Origin: Paramoeba atlantica
Lineage: Eukaryota; Protista; Discosea
Reading direction: 5' to 3'
Assembly: GCA_977017575.1 (NCBI GenBank)
Contig: CDRNVI010000053.1
Location: forward strand, 744,001-808,000
Length of the DNA: 64,000 nucleotides
Part shown: piece after piece, positions 40,863-50,928 of the stretch
Numbering within the stretch: the first letter of the stretch is position 1
Layout of the letters: each line of letters begins with the position of its first letter
Program-made: the position numbers and the translations under genes
The notes under the pieces: model-generated
Database searches by the model: none
The model's input: the letters and a program-made list of their open reading frames with translations, nothing else
What the model was told of the DNA's origin: nothing

Positions 40863-41283
40863 TTCTTCAACATGATTATTTCTAGTTATTAAAACCAACC
40901 ATTGACTTTCGATCATGATAAACATAATATTTGTATGAATCGTTTTCGGTATTTTCGCAATGTTTTGGATAAATACCTTTTAACTCTTAAAGCTTAAATC
41001 TTTTCCTACGCTGCAGTTTGTACGCTGCAGTTGCTCAAAAAAAAGTAGGCTGCTGTTCTACGACTATTGTAAAGTAGTCGTTAATTGTTTTTCGTTAATC
41101 AACGCGTTTACGAAGCATAGCGCATTTATTTAGTTACTAACTAATAGTTAGTGTTTTAGCTTCTCGCATCGTCATAGTCAATCATAAGTTGACATGTGCA
41201 TAATCATTTTTTCTCACGAAGAGATTAATATATTGTCATTATTTTGTTTTTACTTTATCGTAGATCATTATTGGGAACGCGAT

Positions 41284-43011
41284 ATGGAATTTTGGTACTG
41301 TGTATCTACGAAAGGTGTCGGTGGAAACCTTCGCCTTACCAAAACTTCTCCGTCTGCCCACAACAGAGCTGCTGGTTCAAAGGGATACATTTTTCTTCAT
41401 TGGATATCAATCGATGGAAACCATACAATTGTTCTTTCTTTCCACCCCAAAGAGAGTTGGAAAATTTATCTTGCCCGTAGATCAGGGTCTACGAAAATGA
41501 AGATTTCAGTCCCCATTCAACAGGACTCCGCAACTGAAAATGAGGAAAATATTGTTGGCAGCGTGAACGCAAAGAAAGAGGAATGCCACGTGTTCGATTT
41601 TCATTCCTTGAGTGAGAGGGAAATGGTTGCACAGCTTATTAAAAATCATGGATGCGACGGATCTGATTTGGATACCACATTGACTACGGTCCAGCAGCAG
41701 ACTGGTTCTGATGCTACTGATCCTGCAAAAACGAAATTTTCGAATGTTTCTGCCTCAACGTTTCAAGAAAAAATAGGTATGAGCAGTAAACCAGTGTCTA
41801 GTTCACTATCTTATAATGTCATAGAAGCTTCCAAGGGCACAACTGAATTTTTGACATACATTACTCCTCAATTTGTCCGTGATGTGTTTGGTCAATTTCC
41901 CTCAGTACTACTTGCATATTCTGAGACAGTGCTAAAGGGTGAAATGGAAGAAGAGACTTTTTGGCGGGAATTCTGTTGTAGTCACTATTTTAGTTCGCTT
42001 GCAAGAGGTAACGTATCTGATCGATTGGCTATCGTCTCTTCAACAGATTCACGAGCGCACAAGGGTTTTTTTGAGGTATATGAGGAAAGAATAAAAACTG
42101 AAAATAATAAAACATTGAAAGGTTTGCCTTTTCTAAGTACGTCATCACAAAATACCACGACTGACGCTTTTGCTTGCGATCCAACTTTGCACCTCGATCG
42201 ACAAAATGTTGAAATTGTCCCGAGCCCTGGCTATAGCACTCACAGAAATGCCAACGAAAGAAATTTGATACCACATTCTCTTGAAGAGGTAGAACCCATT
42301 TTTGATCTTAGCCAGGCGGTATTGTCATCTTCTCGCCCACAGTCTTCCTCTCACGTACATGATACATCTCTCAACTCAGAACTACGAAGACATACCGAAC
42401 TTAATGACTTGCACAAGCGTGCAGTTGACTCGAATTTGAGCAGTGACTCTCACCCTTCTCAGTGCAACATTATTGTCCAAGATTTTGCGGTTGCGAAAAA
42501 GAAAATTGAAAATTACGCATTGGAAACTGATAGCTTCATAAACGCGGTTCCCTTTCGGAATTTAATTCAAAAGCAATACACAGATATTACGTGGACTTGC
42601 CCTCCCGAATTTTTATCCATCATAATATCCCGCTCTTCATCACACTTTCCGTTTGGCCAACGAATTTATGATACAATGTGTTCACTGTACTGTGGCAAGA
42701 CATTAGATAGATGTATGTCTAGCGAGAACAATGAAAATTACAAAACCTCATGCTCTTTTCAGGAGTTATCTTTTCTTAGACATAGCGAATTCATTCAAAG
42801 AATAATACGCTCCTGCACCCTTGCATGGAGTCTTCATGCTGATAGTGTTGAAGTTCTTAGACCACTGATGTCAGATCTTCGGCGTTTACGAAATGAATTA
42901 GATGAATTGATATCTAAATTTGACGATAGCAGTGTGAAACGAGAGCAATGTGAAGGCATTTTGCGTCTTCTTCAAAACGCAGCTACACATTTGGAAATGT
43001 TAATAAAATAA
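41284..43011 (+). CDS. TFB1: TFIIH p62/Tfb1-like subunit (PH-like plus BSD domain)
   Basis: BSD-type motif ITPQFVRDVFGQFPSVLLAYSETVLKGEMEEETFWREFCCSHYF, a beta-rich N-terminus and a helical C-terminus. Confidence 0.72.
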   Translation: MEFWYCVSTKGVGGNLRLTKTSPSAHNRAAGSKGYIFLHWISIDGNHTIVLSFHPKESWKIYLARRSGSTKMKISVPIQQDSATENEENIVGSVNAKKEECHVFDFHSLSEREMVAQLIKNHGCDGSDLDTTLTTVQQQTGSDATDPAKTKFSNVSASTFQEKIGMSSKPVSSSLSYNVIEASKGTTEFLTYITPQFVRDVFGQFPSVLLAYSETVLKGEMEEETFWREFCCSHYFSSLARGNVSDRLAIVSSTDSRAHKGFFEVYEERIKTENNKTLKGLPFLSTSSQNTTTDAFACDPTLHLDRQNVEIVPSPGYSTHRNANERNLIPHSLEEVEPIFDLSQAVLSSSRPQSSSHVHDTSLNSELRRHTELNDLHKRAVDSNLSSDSHPSQCNIIVQDFAVAKKKIENYALETDSFINAVPFRNLIQKQYTDITWTCPPEFLSIIISRSSSHFPFGQRIYDTMCSLYCGKTLDRCMSSENNENYKTSCSFQELSFLRHSEFIQRIIRSCTLAWSLHADSVEVLRPLMSDLRRLRNELDELISKFDDSSVKREQCEGILRLLQNAATHLEMLIK

Positions 43012-43161
43012 TTTTTGAGAGTGATCGAATTTCTGCTTTTCAGTATTACACCGTCTTTGTATTTCACCCCGTGTATTACCCCGTCTTTCGCTTTTAATAT
43101 TTCTTTCTTTCCATTTAAGGGCTATATTGCATAAATTTTATTTGACGTCGTTTTTCCCATA

Positions 43162-43788
43162 ATGTCTTATTCCATGAAGCATTGCTTAGAGCTTGTGCCA
43201 GCTCTATTTTCAGATGAACGAGCCGGACGTATCCGTGGGGCTATTCTTCCTTCTGAGTATGAACTGTACAGATTCATTCGAAATGTAACCAATCGCAATC
43301 CTACTTGGTCGACAAGTCTCTCAGCTTGTGATTGGGAATGGGTTACTTGTAATACTGCCCGTGAGGTAAAGCGTTTAAGGTGGGGTGGTCTTGGTTTATG
43401 TGGCTCGATTCTATGGAAGCATACTCCTGCCACAATTGAACTCCTCGATATGGGAGGTGATGCAAGTGGAGACCACATAAATTTTTTGTCTGGGGAAGTA
43501 AACTTCCGACTTCTTCCTCCAGGACTACTTGCTCTCTATCTGGAGTTCAATAAATTTACCGGAGAACTAGTGGCATCGCACCTTCCATCTCGTTTGAAAT
43601 CATTGCATTTAGCTTCTAATTATTTTCATGGTTTCATAAATTTCTATGAACTTCCGTCTTCTCTTTTTGTTTTAGATGTCTCAAAAAATGCACGCTTACA
43701 AGGTAACTATACTTTGTCTTTTCAGTCGCAACGTCCGTTTATGATTGCAAATACGCGGGGGACCATGATTGAGTGCTCAAAATATTGA
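43162..43788 (+). CDS. Short leucine-rich-repeat protein (LRRNT-like cap plus LRRs)
   Basis: ACDWEWVTCN cap and repeats LLALYLEFNKFTGEL, LKSLHLASNYFHGFI, LFVLDVSKN. Confidence 0.88.
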   Translation: MSYSMKHCLELVPALFSDERAGRIRGAILPSEYELYRFIRNVTNRNPTWSTSLSACDWEWVTCNTAREVKRLRWGGLGLCGSILWKHTPATIELLDMGGDASGDHINFLSGEVNFRLLPPGLLALYLEFNKFTGELVASHLPSRLKSLHLASNYFHGFINFYELPSSLFVLDVSKNARLQGNYTLSFQSQRPFMIANTRGTMIECSKY

Positions 43789-44169
43789 ACTACTGTCCAT
43801 AAGTACTGTGACCCCCCACATTTGTGTGGACACAAATTGTATAGCGGGGTATCCCCCACTTAACCCCCAGGACACGATCAGTCACCCCCTCAAGAATTTG
43901 GTTACTTTATCCGTTCGGGCTAATTTTTGTTGCGTTTCGCAGATCTCGATGACGCTTGTTTGCGCATACAGGCACCACCTCTGCTTTTGTCTTAAACAAT
44001 TTGTGTACTAAAGCAATAAAAACGAGCAAAATATGAAGCTGTAAAGCTTAAACACTGCATTGCATTTTTTTTGCGATTGCATGGGGTCCTATTATATGGG
44101 ATTATAGTATATAAACCCTATTACGCTTTTAAGCCTATTCCTGATTTCTTAATTGACATAAGATTATAC

Positions 44170-44874
44170 ATGGAGTTATACTTCAATTCTTGGTCGATGA
44201 ATTTAGCTTTTATGGATGTTGGGGCGCGTCGCAAAGGCTCCAAAGTTCGTGGCACATCCTTACCCCAAGAATATGCTCTAGTCAAATTTCTGGCCAATGT
44301 GACTCACGACTCCGGCACCTGGTCAACGCATACACCAGCTTGCGCGTGGAATGGGATTTCGTGTGATGGGAAAGATCGCGTTGTCGAGATACGTATCGGG
44401 GGGGAAGGCTTGAGTGGAACCCTTGACGTGTCCTCGCTACCTGCGTCATTACTTTTGTTAAACACAGCCAGTAATAAATTATGTGGCTCCGTCGCTTTCT
44501 GTTCACTTCCCGGAGAACTCCAGCAGCTAATTCTCCGCTACAACTTTTTTACCGGGCTTGTCGATCTCACGAGACTTCCTTTCGGACTTCAGTCTCTCTC
44601 TTTGCAGTCCAATCGGTTCTCCGGGACGATTGATCTTGCATCGCTTCCCCCTACTTTACATTCTATTTATTTGGGATGCAACAATCTTGACGGAGGGCTC
44701 GATCTCTCCTCTCTTCCGCGGACTCTTCGTGATCTCTATTTGAACGACAACAACTTCACTGGTTTGGTCGATTGTAGCCGATTGCCGACCTCATTAAAGA
44801 CACTACAAATGTCACGCACGCAGATAAGATATGACCCACAACAATGTTCTGCTTTAATTCAGATTTATACATAA
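44170..44874 (+). CDS. Short leucine-rich-repeat protein, tandem paralogue
   Basis: ACAWNGISCD cap and five LPxxLxxLxLxxNxFxGxVDL repeats. First ATG at 44170. Confidence 0.88.
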   Translation: MELYFNSWSMNLAFMDVGARRKGSKVRGTSLPQEYALVKFLANVTHDSGTWSTHTPACAWNGISCDGKDRVVEIRIGGEGLSGTLDVSSLPASLLLLNTASNKLCGSVAFCSLPGELQQLILRYNFFTGLVDLTRLPFGLQSLSLQSNRFSGTIDLASLPPTLHSIYLGCNNLDGGLDLSSLPRTLRDLYLNDNNFTGLVDCSRLPTSLKTLQMSRTQIRYDPQQCSALIQIYT

Positions 44875-45204
44875 TACCTACATAGTATCGCAGATTAGCT
44901 ATGATTTCATCCTTGTGTACGAATTGTACATGGCCCGCTATGAAAACGTTGTTTTATATAATAAAGAGAATTTGATTTTTATGTCATAGAGTTTGGGAGT
45001 TCGGAAGAGTGTCATAAATATTTATGTTAGAACATCATCGAGGTCGGTAATCTTTTTTTAGTTCATTCCGTGCACGTACAAGTCGTTACATTATACCAGC
45101 TTGCTTTCGCAAGCGAACTGGTGCTAGAAATTTTCATTACCTTTTACTATACGCAGAGTGTCCTTTTATCTTGAACTTCTATTTTTACAATATCTTTTAC
45201 TAGT

Positions 45205-45753
45205 ATGACCGTTCCTTCTTGCAAGCGGCGTCATGTTCTACATGACTTGGTTTCAAAACCAGGTTTTGATATTATTCCTGAAACCGAGCATTATCGTCAA
45301 CTTGGATCTAAGTCTTTTTCTGGAAAAGCTTACTACTTGGGTCACACTGAATCTCACCATAATACCTCTGTTGATAGTACAGGGCATCGCTCCATGATGA
45401 AATCAATTCCCATCAAGGCAACGCTTCGTTTAGATTATGTGGATGTTTTCATCAGATGGTACCGCGATGTTATTTTTATATCTCTAGACGATAATCTAAA
45501 GAACAATGAAATATTATGTGACGAAATTTTTGAGAAACATGCTGCTCATACATCGTCTGCTATCGTTCATATCGATTCTGATAAGGGTAAAACGTTCGTC
45601 GCTGAACTTAAACATGGTCGGGTCCCGGAACTTGTGACACAACAAATCTTACTTCCACTTTACAAACGCAGAATGCATATTCCTCCTGTAGCCCTTCACG
45701 TAGAAGATCTCAGAACCAGTAACGGAGGTAGAATTGTTGGGGACATGAGGTAA
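45205..45753 (+). CDS. Hypothetical protein (182 aa)
   Basis: ATG-initiated, co-directional ORF with globular-looking composition and a pyrimidine-rich leader; family not recognised. Confidence 0.6.
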   Translation: MTVPSCKRRHVLHDLVSKPGFDIIPETEHYRQLGSKSFSGKAYYLGHTESHHNTSVDSTGHRSMMKSIPIKATLRLDYVDVFIRWYRDVIFISLDDNLKNNEILCDEIFEKHAAHTSSAIVHIDSDKGKTFVAELKHGRVPELVTQQILLPLYKRRMHIPPVALHVEDLRTSNGGRIVGDMR

Positions 45754-46005
45754 TATTATTATTACCTAAAATTATTACCTAGTTCTTAAATAGTTGAAAT
45801 AGGAGGGGTACCTTCATATTCCTGGAAGGGGTAAAACACAAAGTTGCCTTTTAGATTTTTACACATACTTCGAATTCTTGCAGCTTGTAAGATTTGCTAG
45901 ATTCTTATTTATATCTTCGATATTTTTCTTTTTTCACTTCATTTTCATCACTTTCTTCTGATCAATTTAGACGACTTACGCCTTCATCTTTTCTTTCATA
46001 TTTTA

Positions 46006-46428
46006 ATGGTACGCATTGCAAAGACAAAGACTGGAGCGAATCGTAAGAAAGGTAGCGAACGACGTACGTACCTTCCCAAAGTAGTGACCCTGGAAACTAC
46101 CATTCATCTCGCGCCGCACATGAACAATGTCACGCACAAAAAGAGAGCTCCGCGGGCCTGCAAAGTTGTAAAACAGTACGCTCGCCGCATGATGGATACA
46201 ACGGACAATCGAATCGATGTGAAACTCAACAAAGCTCTGTGGTCTAAAGGTATTCGATCTGTGCCTCATCGCATTCGTGTGCGTATGGCACGAAAAGTTC
46301 GAGAGGCTGCGGGAGAGGGAAGTGGACGACGTGGTGGCGGTAAGTACTACACGGTTATATCTTATGTAACACCCAAAGATGGTACTTTCAAGGGCAAACA
46401 AACAGAGATCGTACAGGAAGACGAATAA
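46006..46428 (+). CDS. RPL31: 60S ribosomal protein L31 (eL31)
   Basis: ETTIHL, KKRAPRA, DNRIDVKLNKALWSKGIRSVPHRIRVR. Confidence 0.96.
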   Translation: MVRIAKTKTGANRKKGSERRTYLPKVVTLETTIHLAPHMNNVTHKKRAPRACKVVKQYARRMMDTTDNRIDVKLNKALWSKGIRSVPHRIRVRMARKVREAAGEGSGRRGGGKYYTVISYVTPKDGTFKGKQTEIVQEDE

Positions 46429-46877
46429 AAGGCATGGTTAGTACTTCAGTATCTTTATGAAAAGAAGCGAAAAGATGGAGTAAAGAAAGAGGGTCATATT
46501 TTTAAAGAATATTACTTTTGAAGCGAAAATGACTATTCTAAATCTAAAATAATTATGCACTGAAATTGTGTTCTTGGCTAACTACATGTATTGTAGTATC
46601 ATCAAGTGTTGTATCTCATACCCATTCTAGTACGATGCTAATAGTGATACGTTACTATCACATTTCTTTTTTTAAATATTTTTTAATAATTACATGAACC
46701 TCCTGGAAATAGCGTATTTTATGAATGAGGCACGAGTTTTGATGGAGTTTCGCATGGATCTCGGTCGTGACCTCCTTGATTCAAAAGGCACTATTGCTTA
46801 GTGATTTTGCTTTAGTTATTTTGCTTTATTCACAGACATCTAAATTTTCTTGCCTGGGTTCCAACCTGAATATTTGG

Positions 46878-46934
46878 ATGACATACATGTATAGACATGA
46901 CATACATGTATAGACATGACATACATGTATAGGC
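46878..46934. repeat. 19-bp tandem repeat, 3 copies, each with TACATGTA
   Basis: ATGACATACATGTATAGAC twice, then ATGACATACATGTATAGGC. Confidence 0.95.
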
Positions 46935-46969
46935 ATCGAAATTAAACTGTACTCCATTTTTACCATTTC

Positions 46970-47054
46970 ATGATGAACTCCGACGAAAACGCGTCCTTTA
47001 TGATGGTTCCTTTTGGATACCTACTTGATCACAATCTGTCAGCAAGTTCACTGA
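46970..47054 (+). ncRNA. Candidate box C/D snoRNA
   Basis: ATGATGA at 46970, C'-like ATGATGG at 47000 and CTGA at 47051; 85 nt. Contains CAATCTGTCA, complementary to conserved SSU rRNA UGACAGAUUG, but not directly adjacent to a D box. Confidence 0.25.
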
Positions 47055-47133
47055 TCAATTCAATATATTTTCGTTCCTAATACAGCAGTCTTTTCAGGAG
47101 TCCCTAAAACTTTAAAAACTTTATTATATTTTA

Positions 47134-47230
47134 GTACTTTTATACATACATTACCGCGTACAGTACTCGGGTACGTACTCGCTTTGAGTACTCGAGTACC
47201 GTATGCGGGTACCGTATTCGCGGTACTCGC
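47134..47230. repeat. GTAC/GTACTCG-dense degenerate repeat
   Basis: Nine GTAC sites in about 95 bp (for example AGTACTCGGGTACGTACTCG and GAGTACTCGAGTACC). Confidence 0.7.
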
Positions 47231-47533
47231 CTTGCAATACTCACTAACCCAAAACAATAGTGGCAGGTGGCAGTAAACAGGGGTATAGGAATAAAACCAG
47301 GATGGTATGAGATGTGGGAAGAGGTGTTTGTCTCGGAGCCTGGTGTTCAGTACCGGTTCTAGAAAGCTGGAGCACGTCTGATTTCCTATAGAACAAACTT
47401 CCTATTTCATAAAATGAATTTCTAAACAGAATAGAAATGAAAAACCAACTGGGCAAAGGGAAAGTATGAGATACAAAGGAATACAAAAATTAAAAACAAT
47501 GACAGGACGAACATTGAGTTTTCAAGTATAAAA

Positions 47534-47650
47534 ATTACATGTGTAATGCATGTATGTAATACATGCATGTATTATTGTACATGCATGTAATACATGTACA
47601 TATTGTTACATGTACATTGTATGTTAATTACATGTGTAATGCATAATGTA
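47534..47650. repeat. AT-rich CATG/TACATGTA quasi-palindromic tract
   Basis: Perfect palindrome TAATACATGCATGTATTA (47557-47574), ATTACATGTGTAATGCAT twice, and TACATGTA at 47591 and 47607. Confidence 0.85.
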
Positions 47651-48008
47651 CGAACAGTATAGAAGACATTTAAAAGGGAGCATTGTTTGCATGACAAGAA
47701 GAAAAACTTAAGCCCAGGTATAAAGTGTAGCCCGGGTGATTGTTAAGCACATTACGTGAAACTTTGAAAACCCCATAGAAACATACAGGGGGGTGCACAA
47801 AATATGGGAGGGGGTCAAAATTCGCGTAGGTTGGCCAATTTCGGAAAATACCGCATTCGAGAGCTCTCACAGACTTACGTGTCATGTGATACTGCGTTTT
47901 ACGTTGTTTCCGGGTATGTGCATTTTCCCAAATACCGTAAAAACGGCAAATACAAGTTTGATTTCTGACGAAAAAAATGTTAATATCCACAATTTCCACC
48001 TTTTTTTG

Positions 48009-48194
48009 CTATATGTCAATTTGCGCCCGTGTCGGTACACTCTTTAATGTCATCAAAAAAACATTGTATAGCTTCCCTTTTAATTTTGGTCCACATAATA
48101 CCCAACACCTGGCAGTGTTCCCGTGAAACCCAAACTCCTTGGCGACAGCAGAAAAAGATTCCGTTTCTACAATTCCTTTTACCAAAAGTATCAT
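48009..48194 (-). pseudogene. Tc1-like transposase HTH fragment
   Basis: LLVKGIVETESFSAVAKEFGFHGNTARCWV parallels LFVADYEKTNSYSRTAQNFGVHEGTVKLWV of the 49990 ORF. Confidence 0.55.
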
Positions 48195-48919
48195 GTGAGA
48201 GGGTCAGAGTTGCCCATGTCATAATCTTCTTAATAAGAAGGGAGGGTTGGTCTTACAAAATGCTACCACACGCGAGAAGCTTGTATCTTGTAGTTCCTAC
48301 AAAACTAATTACACTCTAGGGAGAAGAGTCTATAGAGGCGTACCTCGATGACATCACGTTTGGTCGGACGAATCTCTCACATTAGTCTACTTCAACGTGA
48401 ATGGTGCGGATGGACGTGCATGTAAACGTGAATCTAGGAAATTGTTATTTTTGAGTTCACTCACCAGACATCATCCTCAAGAGGCACTCTAATTTAGAGT
48501 TTATTCAAAACCATTTATTCAAACCCGATACTCTTAAAACTTAAACATATTTATAATCAAGGATCATATGACTCAGACTTTCGATGAATTGGAGATGTTT
48601 TCTTCGATGCTTCATTCGAGGAGCTCTGCCACCTCATGATTCCGAGATTTCTCATTATTAGCAAAAACGAATGACAACTTCTCGTTTTGTTCCCTTAACA
48701 CCGTAGTTGTTTTGTATGAGATCATGTTAACCTCTCTTTTTGTATTTTTCATGTATGTCGTTTACGCCTACGGTACATTCGTACGTCACAGCTATTTTAT
48801 CATTTTTCTCAACCGTGCTCTCTAGATCTTTCTGAAAATTTTGCACCTCTTTTTTTCCTGTCACTTCTGGATGAATTTTTATTCAAGAGAATTCTTTTAC
48901 ACCGGAAAATCTTCGGACT

Positions 48920-49460
48920 CCTTTGTTGTCACACGGCGTGGAAAGGCCTAAAACTTCCTCCTGAACTTGGTCTTATTTCTTTCACACAGAACATTTCGAA
49001 CCTTCATTCTTCATGTACATCTGAACGTCCTCCTTGTGAGTGGGAAGGTGTGTCATGCACAAGTTCCCATCACATCCACTCACTATCATGGGATATGATG
49101 AATCTAATAGGTGAGCCTCTGTGGTCCTTTTTGCCAGATACTATAACCGATTTGTCTATGTGTGACAACAAGCTTGAGGGGGCATTGCCGTTGGAGTTAT
49201 TTCCTCCTGGTCTTAAGATGTTGAACTTACACAGGAACAGGTTTAGGGATTCGCTTGACTTCAGCAAACTTCCACACCAAGTTTATACCGCGTGATTTAG
49301 TTTCAACTTATTCTCTGGGCCGCTAGATTTAAGTTTCATTTCTCATGCGCTTATATCACTCGACCTAAGCCACAATAGGTTTGATGGTACATTTCTTCAG
49401 TTCCTTCCACTCTTCAATCTTTGGACGTTAGCTCAAACTGTTTCAGCTCATTCAATCCGC
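48920..49460 (+). pseudogene. LRR-family pseudogene
   Basis: KLPPELGLISFTQNI...PPCEWEGVSC...LPDTITDLSMCDNKLEG...LKMLNLHRNRFRD, in-frame TGA at 49293-49295, then FSFNLFSGPLDL...LDLSHNRFDG. The 5' end is frameshifted. Confidence 0.8.
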
Positions 49461-49591
49461 ATCTTCCTCCGGTATGGATCATAATACATAACCAGCATTC
49501 AGCAACCTAGCCTTTCTATACACCGCACGAACTTTGAATCGTCTTTAGCTTGTCAGTATAGCTTAGTAGCTAATCTATAGTAGCTAATCTA

Positions 49592-49990
49592 CAGTGCGCC
49601 CAGTTGGTAAAGTCCCAAAAAACGGTTTTCCCAAATCGTAAAGTTTTTTGTTTTAGTTACCTTTTTTTAGAGTTTTTCTCTTTTTCGAATATTTTTGTCT
49701 AAAAGAAATCGTCAGTCTGTCATTGATTGCATTTCATCACCTTTTTTAAAGTTATGACAACGGACATTCGCATACAACTTGCGTTGCAAAGCGTTGTCCA
49801 AGACTCCAGCCCAACTGTATTTGATTTTGATATGCTTCATAGAAAATATTGATTCTTGTTTTTTGATTGTGCGCTTTCATTTTTTCTCTATACTTCAACG
49901 ACATTCGATTGCCCCGTTGATAAAGTCCCAAAAAACGGTTTTGACAATTCAGTAACACACAGGTACAGTGCGCCCAGATAGTAAAGATTT
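49592..49990. repeat. Two same-orientation Tc1-type termini plus a duplicated subterminal motif
   Basis: TA|CAGTGCGCCCAG(TTG/ATA)GTAAAG at 49592 and 49966. TAAAGTCCCAAAAAACGGTTTT at 49608 and 49921. 14-bp tandem TAGTAGCTAATCTA twice just upstream (49564-49591). Confidence 0.75.
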
Positions 49991-50583
49991 CACTCTAGCA
50001 TTTCAGTGGCAAATTGTACTCTTCGTTCCTTGTGGTTCGTAGTTAAGAAAGGGACCTTCTTTACCGTCCTAAGAATAATTTTTTCTTTTGATTTTTTCAA
50101 CATGTTCTTTAGGGAATTTAATGAACACGTGAAACCACGGCGCTTAACCTCTCTCCAAAGCTCGCTCCAATTAGCGATGCCATAAGTAAGGTCGCGATAA
50201 GCCTCGTCAATAATCTTTAAGGCCACTTCCTTGAGATCTGGTATACTGACCCTAGGAAAACGTTTAGGAGACGGACTGATCACGTCCCCAGTGGCGTTGT
50301 AACGCTCGACCCAGAGTTTAACAGTCCCCTCGTGGACCCCAAAATTTTGGGCTGTGCGAGAATATGAGTTCGTTTTCTCATAGTCCGCCACAAAAAGCAT
50401 ACTGTGGGTTTCCTTCGTCTTCCCTGGTGAAGAGTAGGACCGCGCGCTCAAATTTCGACCGGTCGTACGCATCGGAGTAACATTCGAGCCGTCGGACCCC
50501 CTCGCGTGGACGGTAGAGGACCCACAGCCTGTCAAGGCCAAAAAGGTGCTAAATAGAATAGAATAGAGTTTAGTCCCTTCCAT
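49990..50583 (-). pseudogene. Truncated Tc1-family transposase (N-terminal DNA-binding region only)
   Basis: HTH SYSRTAQNFGVHEGTVKLWVERY, second HTH, and KKVPFLTTNHKERRVQFA. Stops before the DDE domain, directly against a CAGTG terminus. Second ATG at 50400. Confidence 0.8.
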
Positions 50584-50850
50584 GCAATCTCGGTTTCGCA
50601 GCTCCCACGCCAGTCGTCGTTACGATAGTTTATCTTGCGGGAAGACACCGCTTAACCGCCAGGATGATTTTCCAGGCGATGAGAGCTTTCTCTGAGGTAG
50701 ACTTGCTTAAGAATCCTCTGCAGACAGCGGCGTCGTACTCCAGGCAGGTTATTGAACGGCATACATCTTCCTCAATGAACCTCAGCTAAGCAGCTCAGCC
50801 AGGTTCCCTGAGATGGAGTATGCCCCTCCTCTTACTTACTAAGTTAGTAC

Positions 50851-50928
50851 TGGTTCATGAACCATTTCATGAAAACAGTGGTTCATGAAAGGGTTCATTG
50901 GTTCACTGGTTCATTGGTTCATGAACCA
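50851..50928. repeat. GGTTCA repeat cluster bracketed by two 14-bp palindromes
   Basis: TGGTTCATGAACCA at 50851-50864 and 50915-50928; six GGTTCA copies in total. Confidence 0.85.
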
